This document shows positions 51,105-62,738 of a DNA stretch of 64,000 nt, one piece after another. Origin of the DNA: Monocercomonoides exilis PA203 (Eukaryota > Protista > Preaxostyla); the NCBI GenBank assembly GCA_001643675.2, contig LSRY02000021.1, positions 1 through 64,000 of the forward strand, given 5' to 3'. A program made the position numbers and the translations under genes. The notes beneath the pieces are model-generated. The model did not search any database, was not told where the DNA came from, and was given only the letters and a program-made list of their open reading frames with translations. Each line of letters starts with the position of its first letter. Position 1 is the stretch's first letter.

Positions 51105-52104
51105 GGGTGATTTTTTTATCCGGACATTTTTTTTTAATCCGGACATTTTTTTCATTGGCGTTTCTCACTAAAGAAAAACTGAAAATAGAAAAAGCATATT
51201 GAACCAGGTTTGAATACGTATTTAATGTTCATAAAAAAATTTTTTCTTGTCAATTTTTGTTTTTGATGAAGATCTTGAGAATTTTGAATTTATTTTTGAT
51301 CATTTGTTTTGTCCATTTTGGACAATCTTTCTTTTTTTGTTTATTTTTAACTATAAGTCCATGTAACACACACAATGAAGTTTTATTATTTTAAATGTTT
51401 TTTGTTTTTTCCTATTTTTTCAGGAGTTTTTCGCATTTTATCGTTTTTGACAAAAATCATGAAAATTTTTAAATTTCTTATCTGTTATTATATATAACGA
51501 TTAATATTGCAACATACCATGTGAAAAAGATTAAAACACATCATATATTTTATGTGTTAGTCATATTAAATTGAATCAAATATGAAATGAACATATATAT
51601 GATAATCAAAAACTGATTGATGCAACTTCATCAACAACATCTCACAAAATATTATCAGCGTGAATACTATATGTGAGTTGTTTCCTTTTCATTCGCATAA
51701 CTTTAAGAATATCATAAACATTGTATCGAAAAGAATTTTTTGTTTTTCATGATTTTTGTCAAAAACGATAAAATGCGAAAAACTCCTGAAAAAATAGGAA
51801 AAAACAAAAAACATTTAAAATAATAAAACTTCATTGTGTGTGTTACATGGACTTATAGTTAAAAATAAACAAAAAAAGAAAGATTGTCCAAAATGGACAA
51901 AACAAATGATCAAAAATAAATTCAAAATTCTCAAGATCTTCATCAAAAACAAAAATTGACAAGAAAAAATTTTTTTATGAACATTAAATACGTATTCAAA
52001 CCTGGTTCAATATGCTTTTTCTATTTTCAGTTTTTCTTTAGTGAGAAACGCCAATGAAAAAAATGTCCGGATTAAAAAAAAATGTCCGGATAAAAAAATC
52101 ACCC
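51105..52104. mobile_element. Non-autonomous foldback/MITE-like element, 1,000 bp with ~361-bp terminal inverted repeats
   Basis: 51105-51465 is the reverse complement of 51744-52104 (GGGTGATTTTTTTATCCGGAC...GTCCGGATAAAAAAATCACCC), with no mismatch seen by eye. The 278-bp spacer is non-coding; no clear TSD. Confidence 0.85.
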
Positions 52105-52507
52105 TAGGTTATTCCTGATTTTCATTTTTATAAATAAATATATATAAATATATATAAATATATATTTTTATAATTCTTTGTTGTTTATAATTGTATGTCA
52201 AAATGTTTAATTCAAATTAATGATTCAATTCTTGAAAATATAATTTGCTTTTTATACTCAGAAACAAGTGTTTTGAGGTGAAAAGAGTAATTAGGAAAGA
52301 ATTTTAAAAATTAAAAAGTCATATAAATTAAATCCAAACAAAAAGTTCCAATTTCAAGTTGCTTCTAAAAATATGTGAATATTTGCATATTTGCAACTTT
52401 TTCTTTGTAAAAACAATTCTGGTATTTTCTTTTCAATTTCCTTTACAATCAAAGTACTCACATAACATTCCTTTTCTCTTCATTTATCCACCACAAATAT
52501 CAACAAC

Positions 52508-54929
52508 CTAATTTAGTGACCAGACGAAGACCGACCCATCGTGTGAGCCAGAGACGATGTAGTATCCATCAGGAGACCATGCCAAGCACGACACCATTTC
52601 TGGGTGTCCCTGCCCCAGCAGCACTATCTTCCCTTCGTCATAATCTACAACTTTCACCATCTTGTCTCTTCCTGCGCATGCAAGCAGCGATCCTGTCGGG
52701 TTGATTGCCACATCCATAATCTCCTGCTCTGACAGCTCCAGCTCTCTCAGCAGCTTCCCTTCGACTGAGTCGTAGTAGCTCACCATCCTGTCTGATCCAC
52801 ACACAACAACTTGGCAACAGTCCGGGGGTAGATAATCCACACCCAAAAAGTTGGCATGCTTCATCATCTGCTTCAAGCGCACATATCGATCAGATAGAGA
52901 CCAAGTGTAACATGTGCCATCGTCAGACACACTCACACACTCTGTGTCTTCAAAGTTCACACGCACCGCATTCACTTTCGTCCTGTGCTCTTTCAGTGTT
53001 GCCACCAGCGTCTGAGACTCTCTCCCCAGCTTCCACACACGCACCTGTCCTTCGCTTCCCCCAGACACAATGTACTGATTCGTGGTGCTGTATGTGGTGA
53101 TGCACGTGACCTGTTTGTGTGCATCGTTGATCACATAAAGCAGCCTTCCTGTTTCTGGGCCGAACGCACGGATTTTGCCATCGCTCCAGCCGCTGATGAT
53201 TTCTGAGCCAGAAGGATTGAAGCATACACAAAGACACTCCTGGTTCGGAACTTCAATGCGCAGAAGTTCATTGCCTGTTGCCATGTGCCACAGGCGGATG
53301 TCGCCAGACTGCGAACATGATGCGAAAATCTCAGATGTGGAAAGAGGGAATGCAACGCCTGTAACGGGGCCAGTATGACATGTTCCTTTCAGCGATGCCT
53401 TCATATCTGGAATAATGATGGAGTAGATGCAGCCCTTTTCTGTGCCACACACAAGCTCCCACTGTGGCCCAGCTGCTGCAGGGCGGATGGAAGGAGGGCG
53501 AACTGCTTCTGTCTGTCGTGGAATCAGAGCACGCTGCGCAGTTGCCATTGGAATGACTGGCCCGCGTGTGCTGATCTTCTTTGGAGCGCCTCTACCTGCA
53601 CCAGAAGAAGGGGAAGTTCGTCGGACTGTTCTCGCAGGAGCAGCACGTGCGGCAGGAGGGGGTGCTGGGTGATATGGTCTGACATTAATTGATGAAACTT
53701 TTCCCATCACTTGCACCTTTCCCACATTCAAGAAAAGAGGTTTTGTTGCATTCATTGGATCTGGAATGGTGTAAACAACAACATCACCGTTGCCGCTTCC
53801 AGCTGCAAGCGCAAGACCCTTTGCAGCCATCCTGAAGAGAGCAAGAGAAGTGCATCCCCCCTGAAGCCTGTTGATATCCTTTGAAGGACCATAATGCTTC
53901 AACAAGTACGTCTGCATGTGCACAACCATAATATCACCTGTAGTTGTGCCGATGTATGCCAGTTCGTCTGTCTCATCTATCACTGCACAAAGAGACACTC
54001 TCCTGAAATGACCCAATTGACAGTCGTTTGGAATCAGCTTCGTGTTGCGGTAGTCAATATCCCACACACGTGGTTGGCACAGACCGCCAGTCAAAAACGA
54101 TTCATCAGAGTTTCTAAAGAACTCCACAAAATAAGCTGCATCGATTGCGACAGGTGATCCACAAACTGGAAAAACAATCGCAAATATTCATTTTGCAGAT
54201 AACAATTAGAACTATTTAAACACAAACAACAAAACTAAACAAATAAACAAACTTGGCTTTCCTTCATCAACTTTCCAAACAACAACATTTTTATCATCAA
54301 GTCCTCCTAATGATACCATATATTGCTCTGATGGAGAGAACGATAAACTCTGAACTTTTCCGTTGTGTTGTTTCAATTTAAACAATTGAGTTCTGGTTTC
54401 AAAATCCCAAATAATAATATAAGCCTATAGAAAATTGAATTTGATTGCATAATGATATAAAAGTATTTAAATAAATCAAATAAGCAAGCTTTGAAAAGAA
54501 TAAAAAATATTCACACAGGAAATCCTGTTCTAGTCTCTTCACCAGAGGCAATGTACTTTCCTGATTTTGAAATGGCAAAGCATGTGATGTGACCCGAATG
54601 GCCAATAAGGAATTCTTGAGAACCACCGAGTTGTGAAATGACAAGATTGCATCCAATAGCATACACGACATGCTGGCCATTTGGATGTAACTTATATCCA
54701 CCAGGTATCGTACCTTGTGAAAAGCGCAAGATACATTACCAATTAATTAAGATCAAGTAATTTGTGATGTTCAAAACAAATAATAATCAAAAAAATAAAT
54801 TCAACGAATAATAATTAGAAAAAGTTGCAATCAACGAATATAAAGCATTAAATAAAGAAAATAACTTTATTTTGCAATACCTGCAAATCCAATTGTTTGC
54901 TCAAGCGGAAGTGGCTCGAAATCGCTCAT
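52508..54929 (-). CDS. CFAP52: Cilia- and flagella-associated WD40 protein CFAP52/WDR16 (~691 aa, 4 exons)
   Basis: N-terminus LEQTIGFAGTIPGGYKLHPNGQHVVYAIGC, IASGEETRTGFPAYIIIWDF, SLGGLDDKNVVVW, and DIRLWH...ELLRIEVPN...IISGWSDGKIRAFGPETGRLLYVINDAH match CFAP52. Introns 54880-54714, 54516-54425, 54252-54166 are in phase. Confidence 0.92.
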
Positions 54930-55139
54930 AATTTTTTATTCAAACAACTTATTCCCATAAATCATTTAAATTCTTTTGATCAAAAATTTTTATCGCTTTT
55001 CTTTGAATATGTTTGGAAAAAACATTATTGATATGTTTATTAATGATTGAAGTGAAAATTCAGAAATGGGAGCTTGACACGAGAATTGAGAAGTGTTATT
55101 AGAAAGAAACAAGAAGTGCTTACTGAAGTGGAGATAGCA

Positions 55140-55535
55140 TTATATGTCTGTTTCGCCTTCAGGAAGAGCGTCTATATAGAGAACATTGTTGCATCTTAAA
55201 ACATCAAAAAAAACAACAAATAAATCAAAATAAGATTTTTAAATTCATATTTTTCAAACAAACAAATAATACCTTATTAACACTTGCCCCAAAAATCCTG
55301 TTGCCTTTCCTTCAACGAACTCTTCGCAGTTAGCCAGTTCAAGATTCATGAAGCTATCTACAGAGACAAGATATCCCTGAAGAGATAGACCCCATTTTAG
55401 CTTCACTAATATCGGTTTTCCGGTAAGTGATCGAAGGAAGTCTTTTGGAAATAACGCTTTGCTCTAAACATAAACGAAATGAACACCATTAACATTCTAT
55501 TACAAAAGAAAATCATATTTCAATATTCACACCAT
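55140..55535 (-). CDS. SNRPF: Small nuclear ribonucleoprotein Sm F (82 aa, 3 exons; missed by the ORF track)
   Basis: Spliced product M|[64 protein letters not shown]|CNNVLYI. Introns 55532-55464 (directly after the ATG) and 55272-55195. Confidence 0.95.
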
Positions 55536-55806
55536 TTTCAATTATTTGTAAAGGGTAATTTACCATAATTGTCATAATTAATTCCTCATTGAAATAAACT
55601 CAACACTTTTTAAATCTTATACTGATAACATTGATAATTCTTTGTTTCTATTCATATAAAATATTAGTCATTATGCATTTATTTATCATTTTGAATACAA
55701 AAATGCTCATTTTGATAAAAAAATTTGGTTTATTGAAAAAAAAAAAAACTGAAAAACGAAGTGATAAAGTGATAAAATATAAGTGACATGTCTTTTTTAT
55801 GGAAAT

Positions 55807-58800
55807 TTAAGCGCTGTGATCATTCGCACTTACAGAATTTGTACCAAAGCGGACGCGCTGCTGCTGTTGAGTTGATTTTTCTTCAGATGCTGAAGAAGTT
55901 GAAGAGTCCGAAGAAACGAGAACTTGAGGTTTTTCCATCTTCATTGAATTCAGAAAGGCAGATGCAAAAGATCCCAATGACCCATCATCTGAATTGATTG
56001 GTGTCTGCCTCGCAAACTGTGCAAATGAAGGAGATGGAGAAGAAGAAGAAGAAGAAGAAGAAGAAGGAGAAAGCAGAAGTGAAGAAGTTGGAAGACGAGA
56101 AGATGGATTTGCATTGAGGCGCGACGAAGACGAAAAAGAAAGAGAAGACGAAAGATTTGGCTGTGAAGGCGAAGAGCCAAGTCTGAACTTCATGTTTTCT
56201 TCCATCAGCTGCTTGCACCTCCTGTTTGCTTCTTCGTACAATGACTCCAATTCACTCAGTCGCTGTTCTTTTGCACTCAGCGTCTCTTGGGCGTCTCTTA
56301 ATGCGCTCTCCATGCGGTGCATTTCTTGTTCCATGTGCTCTCTTTCCTTCACCGCAGCCGCGTTCTGCTCTTCCAGCTCAGCCTTCATCACATTCAGCGC
56401 TGCCTCGCTAAGCCCAAACGAGTCCTGGTAGTTCTCCAGCTCCTTCACAGCCACCGCCAAGTCTGCCTCCAGCTGGTTCCTCTGCTCCACCAGCGCAGCC
56501 AGGTCTGTCCGCACCGCCCGGCTGTCCTGCTCAGCCAGGCTCTGGTGGCGGATCTTCTCTTTCAGCTGCTCCTGGCTCGTCTGCGCCTGCTGCTTCACCA
56601 CCGCCAGCTCTTCTGCCTTTGACGCCAGCTCTGCCTCAAGACGCGCCTTGTCTGACGCATGTGCTGCCATCTCCCTTTTGAGCTTGTCGCGGCAGCTGTG
56701 CAGGTCCTCTTCCACAGCAGACAGCTCAGCCTTCATCTGCTCTTCCTCCGACGCCATCTCACTCTGCTTCTGCTGCAGCCCCCGCAGCATCCCTTCCAAC
56801 TCTCTCTTAATCGCTGCCACATTCTCCGCATCGCTCTTCAGATCACTCGAAGTCGCTGATATCTCCGCCAGCTCTGCCTCAGCTGCGTCCTTTCGCTTTG
56901 TCACCTCTTCGAGTTGCCTGTTCGTTTCAGTTAGCTCAGTTTTCAGTGCATTCAGCTCGTCCATCAATCCTTCTTGGTCGCTGTGCTGGGCAATGGTGTG
57001 TTCTCTGTAGAACCGCAGCTCTGCCTCCTTCACTTCCTTCTCCTTTGCCAACTCTGCTTCCAACTGGCCGATCTTTCCTTGCGCTTCCTTCAGCTCCAGC
57101 TGCGTTTCCATCACCTTCCGCATCTGCTGCTCCACTTCTGCCTGCTTCTCCACCATCTCCTTTTGATGACTCCGAAGAATCTGCTCAATCTTGTCTGTTG
57201 TTCCCTGCCCTCTTTCTGTCAGCTGGCTCAGCTGAGTTCCAAACGACTCTCTTTCCTTCTGCACTTCTCCTCTCAACTGCTCAACCATCTGCATCAGATG
57301 CTCCTTCTCTCCAACAGCCACATCCAGCGCTGCTCTCTTCTCTTCTGTCATCCGCGTCTGCTCTCTCAGCTCTTGCTCTACTTTCTCCAACTTCTGCTTT
57401 GCAAGTTCTGCTGCTTTTTCTGCTTCTGCCTCCATCGCGTGGATGCGCTCGACAAACGCATTGCCTTCCACCTTTGCTTCTTCTTCCTTCTCATTCAGTT
57501 GTGCTTGAAGAGCTCCACTCTTCTGCCGCTCCATAACCAGCTGGTATTGAATGCTTGTGATTGTGTCATTTCCCTGATTTATCTGCCCAATCAGAACTTC
57601 TTTGTTTTCGTCAAGTGAGCGAACCTGCTCTTCCGCTTCTTGCTTTTCTTGTTCGATTCTGCTCATGTTTCTTGTCACATGCTCGTTTTCTGCCTTCAAC
57701 TCAGCTATTTTCTGTGCCATCTCCCTGGCTTCACTTCGAATTCGTTCGTTTTCATCGCTCTTCTTCTTCAAATCCTGTCTCAACATTTCGCACTGCCTCA
57801 GACACTGCTTCATCTTATCAGCATCCATCGCATCTTTTGTCTGAGATGCACTCACAACTGCATCCAGCTGATGGCGCAGAATAGAGAAATGCCCTTCTTT
57901 CTCTCTCAAACGATCTTCTTTTTCTGTCTTCTCCATTCGCGCTGCATGTAACTGCTCATGCAGCATCTTCCGCTCAATCCTTTGTTCTTCTTTCAGATTG
58001 CTTATCGTCTCTTTCAACGACTCATTTTCTTTTCCCGTTTTCTCCACCTCATTCTTCAGCTGATTGTTGTCCATTTTCAGCTCCTGAAGCTCTTCATTGG
58101 CCTTCTTCAGTGAGTCCTCCAGTTGAGCGCATTTTGTCTTTGTTTCTTCAACCTCAGCATCCAACTGACCAATATTTTGTTCAAGCACTTCTTCATTCCG
58201 CGCTGCCTCTTCTGCAACTTTTCTCTCTCTTTCCTCTGCTGCTTTCACTCTTTCCTTCAGTTCTACCAACTCTCTTTCCTGTGCCCCTTTCTCTTGTGTC
58301 AGATTCTGTCTTTGTCTTCCGCTTTCGTCTGCTTCCTGCTTCAGCTTGTCAATCACATCCTGAAGCCGTCTCTCTCTTTCTTCAATCTCCTTCTTCATCT
58401 CATTCTCTTTCTTTGCGCAGTTCTCCTCAGCCAGCTGCATTTTCTTCTGCATCAATTCGACTTCTCCTTCGAGTCGCTTTGCTTCCAGTTGCGCTGCTTC
58501 AAGATCGTCTTTCATGTCGCTGTGCGCTTTCAACAGATCTTTCTGCAATTCTCGTGCATCGCTTTCAGCTGCATGTATGGTCTCATTTTCCGCACGTAAT
58601 TGTTCGATTTGCTCTGTCATTTTTGAGTTTTCCGCTTGAAGCTTTTCAAGGGCAGTATCTTTAGCTGCAAGAGAATGCGACAATGTTCTGATGTGCTGTT
58701 CAGATGCACCACTCATCAAATTTTGCTTGTCGCACTCTTCTTGAAGACGCTGTTTTTCATTTGTTAATTCTTCTAATTTGGTTGTCAATAAAGTGTTCTG

Positions 58801-59428
58801 TTCTTTTGATTTTTCAAATTGTTCTGTCAATTTCCCGTGATCCTCTTTGAGTTTTGTCAACTCTTCTTCGAAGTTATCAGCTTTATCTTCATTCTCTGCT
58901 CCTTTTTTCTGCAAGTCAACAGCAATTTTTCGTAAGCGATCCTCTTCGTTCACTGCTTGCTCCATTCTTTGTTGTGCAGCACGAACGTCGGCTTCACATT
59001 GTTCCACTTGTTTTGAAAGGTCAATAATCCGTTGTGCCTTTTCTTTATTATCTTTTTGGGTTTTTGCAATTTCTTGTCTCAGCTCTTCTAATTCTTCGAG
59101 AACTACTCCCTGCATATCATTCAAAAAGTAATTTTCAAAAAGAAATAATAAATAATTAATTATCAAACTTTCTTGTTGCCGAAGCCCAGTTGTGCCGCAC
59201 GAGAATCCAATGCCGATTTCAATACATCTATGTATGTTCTCAGTTCTTCGTTTTCTTTGATTTGACTTTGAAGAGACGCAGCAAGACGTTTTCTTTCTTT
59301 CAAATTTGGATCATCTTTCGATGGTGTTCTTGTCGTTCTCTGTAAATTAAATCAAGCATTAATATTTAAACAATTTTCAAATTTAACATTAAAAGATATC
59401 TTCAAACCGTTGTCAATGATAAGCTCAT
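55807..59428 (-). CDS. Long coiled-coil protein (~1,164 aa, 3 exons) with a Ser-rich tail; possibly cytoskeletal or basal-body associated
   Basis: Exons 59428-59408, 59339-59169, 59109-55807 in phase 0; about 1,000 aa of E/K/Q/L heptad-type sequence. Confidence 0.8.
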
Positions 59429-59525
59429 TGAAAATTAAAATTTTTTAAAAAATTGGATTTCAGACCCATTCTATTTTGTTTTTTTGAACCTTAACATTAT
59501 ATTTCTGATTTTCCCAAAGGCCACC

Positions 59526-60647
59526 ATGGCTTGCACTATTGTTGTACAGGGTATTGGACCGAACGATGCTGAAGCATTTTCGTTTTTAGAAGCTCCATCT
59601 CCTTCTACACTTCTTTCGTCAATTGCAGAACGTTTGGGTATCGAAAAATGTAAAATTACTTCTTTCTCCGAAACTGTGTATTTGTTGCATGAAGGACAGT
59701 TGCTTACAGAAGGCTCTTTAGATGGATGCTTTTTTACAACAGTTCAATGTTGTTTCAGGATTCTTGGAGGAAAGCAAGGAGCTTTTGGTCAAACTGTTAG
59801 AAATGCCAAAACAACAGGAAAAAAAATAGTTTCGATGAGCAAGTGCAGAGACCTCTCAGGAAGAAGAATTGGCGACCTGAAAGTGGAAAAGATGTTGAAA
59901 GAATGGTCTGCAAAAGCACCAGAAAGAGAAGCTGCAAAACGATTAGAAATGGAAAAAAAGAATGCTCGTAGACTGGCTCCAATGTCAGCTCCTGATCTTG
60001 GAAAATATGATGAAAAGTTAAAATCAAGTTCGGAAGGATTACTTGATGCGATGGGATTTGCTTTGAAACATTCTGATTCTCGCAACAAAAAACATGCTCA
60101 AGAATCTGATTCTGAGAGCGATGAGAGTGAAAGCATGGATGAAGATAATCTGTCATTCAGCGAAGAAAATGAAGACGAAACGAGCGAATCTGATGTATCT
60201 GAGTCACAACATCAGAAACAACCAAAATTTGATTCAGAAAGCGAAGGAGAAACAAAAGAAACTTTATTACCATTTTTGAAAGAAAAAAAGAAAAACGACT
60301 CCTTCCAGTCAAACACCTCGCCTCAATGCTCTTCTTCAATTTCATCTCCTCCTTCAACAATCTCTTCTTTATCGTCTCCTTCAGATTCAAGTGACAAATC
60401 TTCTTCAGTAGATGATTCATCTTCAAATCCATCACAGCCAGCATTTCAACCAATATCTCTCGACTGCATTTCATCTTCAAGCGAATTGATTGAGAAATAT
60501 TCACGCGAACAAATCAAATCCGAACTAAACCGTTTGGGCTTAAAGTGTGGAGGAAGAATAGAAGAACTTGCTGAAAGACTTTTCAGCATAAAAGGAATAG
60601 AAACACAGAAAGAAAAGTGGAATCCAAAAATATTGGTTAAAGTCTAA
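59526..60647 (+). CDS. SDE2: SDE2 (ubiquitin-fold-activated splicing / replication-stress factor), ~373 aa
   Basis: N-terminal UBL-sized domain ending RILGGK, followed by CRDLSGRR and a C-terminal SAP motif (IKSELNRLGLKCGGRIEELAERLFSIKG). Confidence 0.92.
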   Translation: MACTIVVQGIGPNDAEAFSFLEAPSPSTLLSSIAERLGIEKCKITSFSETVYLLHEGQLLTEGSLDGCFFTTVQCCFRILGGKQGAFGQTVRNAKTTGKKIVSMSKCRDLSGRRIGDLKVEKMLKEWSAKAPEREAAKRLEMEKKNARRLAPMSAPDLGKYDEKLKSSSEGLLDAMGFALKHSDSRNKKHAQESDSESDESESMDEDNLSFSEENEDETSESDVSESQHQKQPKFDSESEGETKETLLPFLKEKKKNDSFQSNTSPQCSSSISSPPSTISSLSSPSDSSDKSSSVDDSSSNPSQPAFQPISLDCISSSSELIEKYSREQIKSELNRLGLKCGGRIEELAERLFSIKGIETQKEKWNPKILVKV

Positions 60648-61078
60648 TTTTCATAAAACTTCCATTTCACAACGTTCATTTCATTGTCTTATTTTAAAGA
60701 AATTTCAAATAGTTATTTCTGATTAACCTCGTTTTATGTTTTGCTCATTTCTTTATCTTTAATTATATGTGGATGAACTTCCACGTTCTCAAGATAATTC
60801 GAATGAAAATAAGGTTCAGAAGCAACGTGGATTACCAACTCAAATTATTACTCACAGCGCATATTTTCCAATAAGCACAGTAACTATTAAGAGTTGCAAG
60901 TTTTCAATTCTGATGTCATTCGTTCTTTTCATGATTCTCAACATTTGCTGCCTTTTTTGCTAGAAAACATAAACAATAAGGAATCAATTTCTAAAGTATT
61001 GATACAAAGATTTTTGTGAATGCTATTTAATTAAATGCTGTTTTCAAAATTTGACAGTTTTTAACATCTCGTTTTGAG

Positions 61079-61606
61079 ATGCAACTTTTCTTAACATTTA
61101 CATGGGCAAGTGGTAAAGACAGTTTGTTTTTGCAATCAGGTGAACAGATATTGGACAAAATGGAAGAGTTCAAACGATTGGGATTTACAAAAACATTTGT
61201 ATCACAATCTGTGGACAATAGTAAAGGTTCTCAAGCAATTGACTGTTCTAAACTCATGGGAATTAAAGAGTTTACTTCAATGAGCAAATCAAAATGTGAT
61301 AATTCTTTAATGAAAAATGAGATTAGTGGATTCAATTTGCGAATGAAAGAATCGAAAATCCAATCAATAATGGCATCTCTTCAACAAGACAGCATTGAAT
61401 GCAATGATACTTTCACCACATGCGCAGAAGGCAATTTGCCGATGATTGAATCTTACGGTATTGAAAGCGAGATATTGGATTCTCTTTATTTCCCAAGGAA
61501 GTCTCGTGTCTCAGCGACTAACTGTCGCTACACAACATTTGTCTCATCTCCGATTGCTTCATCATTTTGTTCTTTTGCTGCTTCACCGGAAGAATCGAAG
61601 GTATGA
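61079..61606 (+). CDS. Hypothetical exon or decayed gene fragment
   Basis: 175-codon frame ending in a GTATGA donor-like site; no recognisable domain and no confident upstream exon. Confidence 0.3.
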   Translation: MQLFLTFTWASGKDSLFLQSGEQILDKMEEFKRLGFTKTFVSQSVDNSKGSQAIDCSKLMGIKEFTSMSKSKCDNSLMKNEISGFNLRMKESKIQSIMASLQQDSIECNDTFTTCAEGNLPMIESYGIESEILDSLYFPRKSRVSATNCRYTTFVSSPIASSFCSFAASPEESKV

Positions 61607-61805
61607 GTGATTTATAATCCACAGAGTGATGCTGCTTCGTTGAATTGCTTGTATATTGATGTTGTGCTGATTCCATTGGTGCATCTGTCTGTTTTCGAAG
61701 AATTAATTTAAAACAGCAGCATTCATTTCACTCATATGCAACCGCTCCAACATATTCAACTTCAAACAGACAGTATGAGAAGAGATGAAGATGAATGCAC
61801 AGAAG

Positions 61806-61832
61806 CAACAACAACAACAACAACAACAACAA

Positions 61833-61898
<66 letters not shown>

Positions 61899-61920
61899 AA
61901 GAGAAAGAGAGAAAGAGAGA
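61806..61920. repeat. Compound microsatellite (CAA)n-poly(A)-(GA)n
   Basis: Directly visible; a similar poly(A)-(GA)n tract lies at ~22575-22630. Confidence 0.9.
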
Positions 61921-62738
61921 AATATCAAAATAGTCGTTTCATTTCCACATAATAATATTTCAAAATAGTAGTCAGTGAATATTCGGTTCGTTAACTTTTT
62001 TTCAAACAAAATAAAAATATAGATTCAAGCGTCTTTCACCAGAATCAAACATTCAAAACCAGGTTTTTGATCAAATTGCAAAACCAACAACGACTGAACA
62101 AGCAAAACTTTTATGAAAGAAATTCTCCTTTCATTGCTGAAAATTGAATGATTGATGCTTTGTTTTATGATTGAAAATTTTTATTATTAGAATTTCTTTC
62201 AAAAAATTCAAAATTATCATATAAAGGATATGATAAATATTTTGATTAAAAAACATTTTCTTTCATAAATAAATATTAATGCATCGTTTCAACAGAAAAA
62301 AATGTCATAAAAAATTGAAAAGAAATATTCAAGTGTTCCAACCTCACATCGTTATTTATTACGAACTTCAATTACCGTGCAATAAAGAGAATATAAATTA
62401 TAATGCTTAAAAAGGAAAAAAAAAAGCAAATTGTTAGAATTACATTTTCATAAAAACTTTATTATTTACGAACACAAAGTTTTTTATCTTTTTTGCAACT
62501 TTCATTCATCCAGATGAAACGAAATCTTTTTTTGATGAGTTATCAAATGGTCTTTATTTCGCCCTTTATAATTTTCTTTCGATTATTTATTTTCTTTATT
62601 TTGTGGTTAAATCTGCAAAAAATCACATATTTTAGAATTCCTAACGTGAAGGCATATTGAATTTATAGCGCGAGTAAGCAATTGTGAGATTTTTTGCATT
62701 TCAAAAAAACAGCAAAAATTTTACTTCAAAAAACGAAA

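Noticed and set aside
25661-59131. Numerous overlapping antisense or alternate-frame ORFs (poly-K, poly-R, poly-E)
   Set aside because: Shadows of low-complexity and coiled-coil coding sequence on the real strand.
17732-60647. Alternative genetic code (TAR=Gln as in some oxymonads; no TGA stops among confident genes)
   Set aside because: Conserved genes end at TAA/TAG at expected positions with no in-frame stops. About ten genes is too few to infer TGA reassignment, and the apparent in-frame TGA near 19070 lies in an intron.
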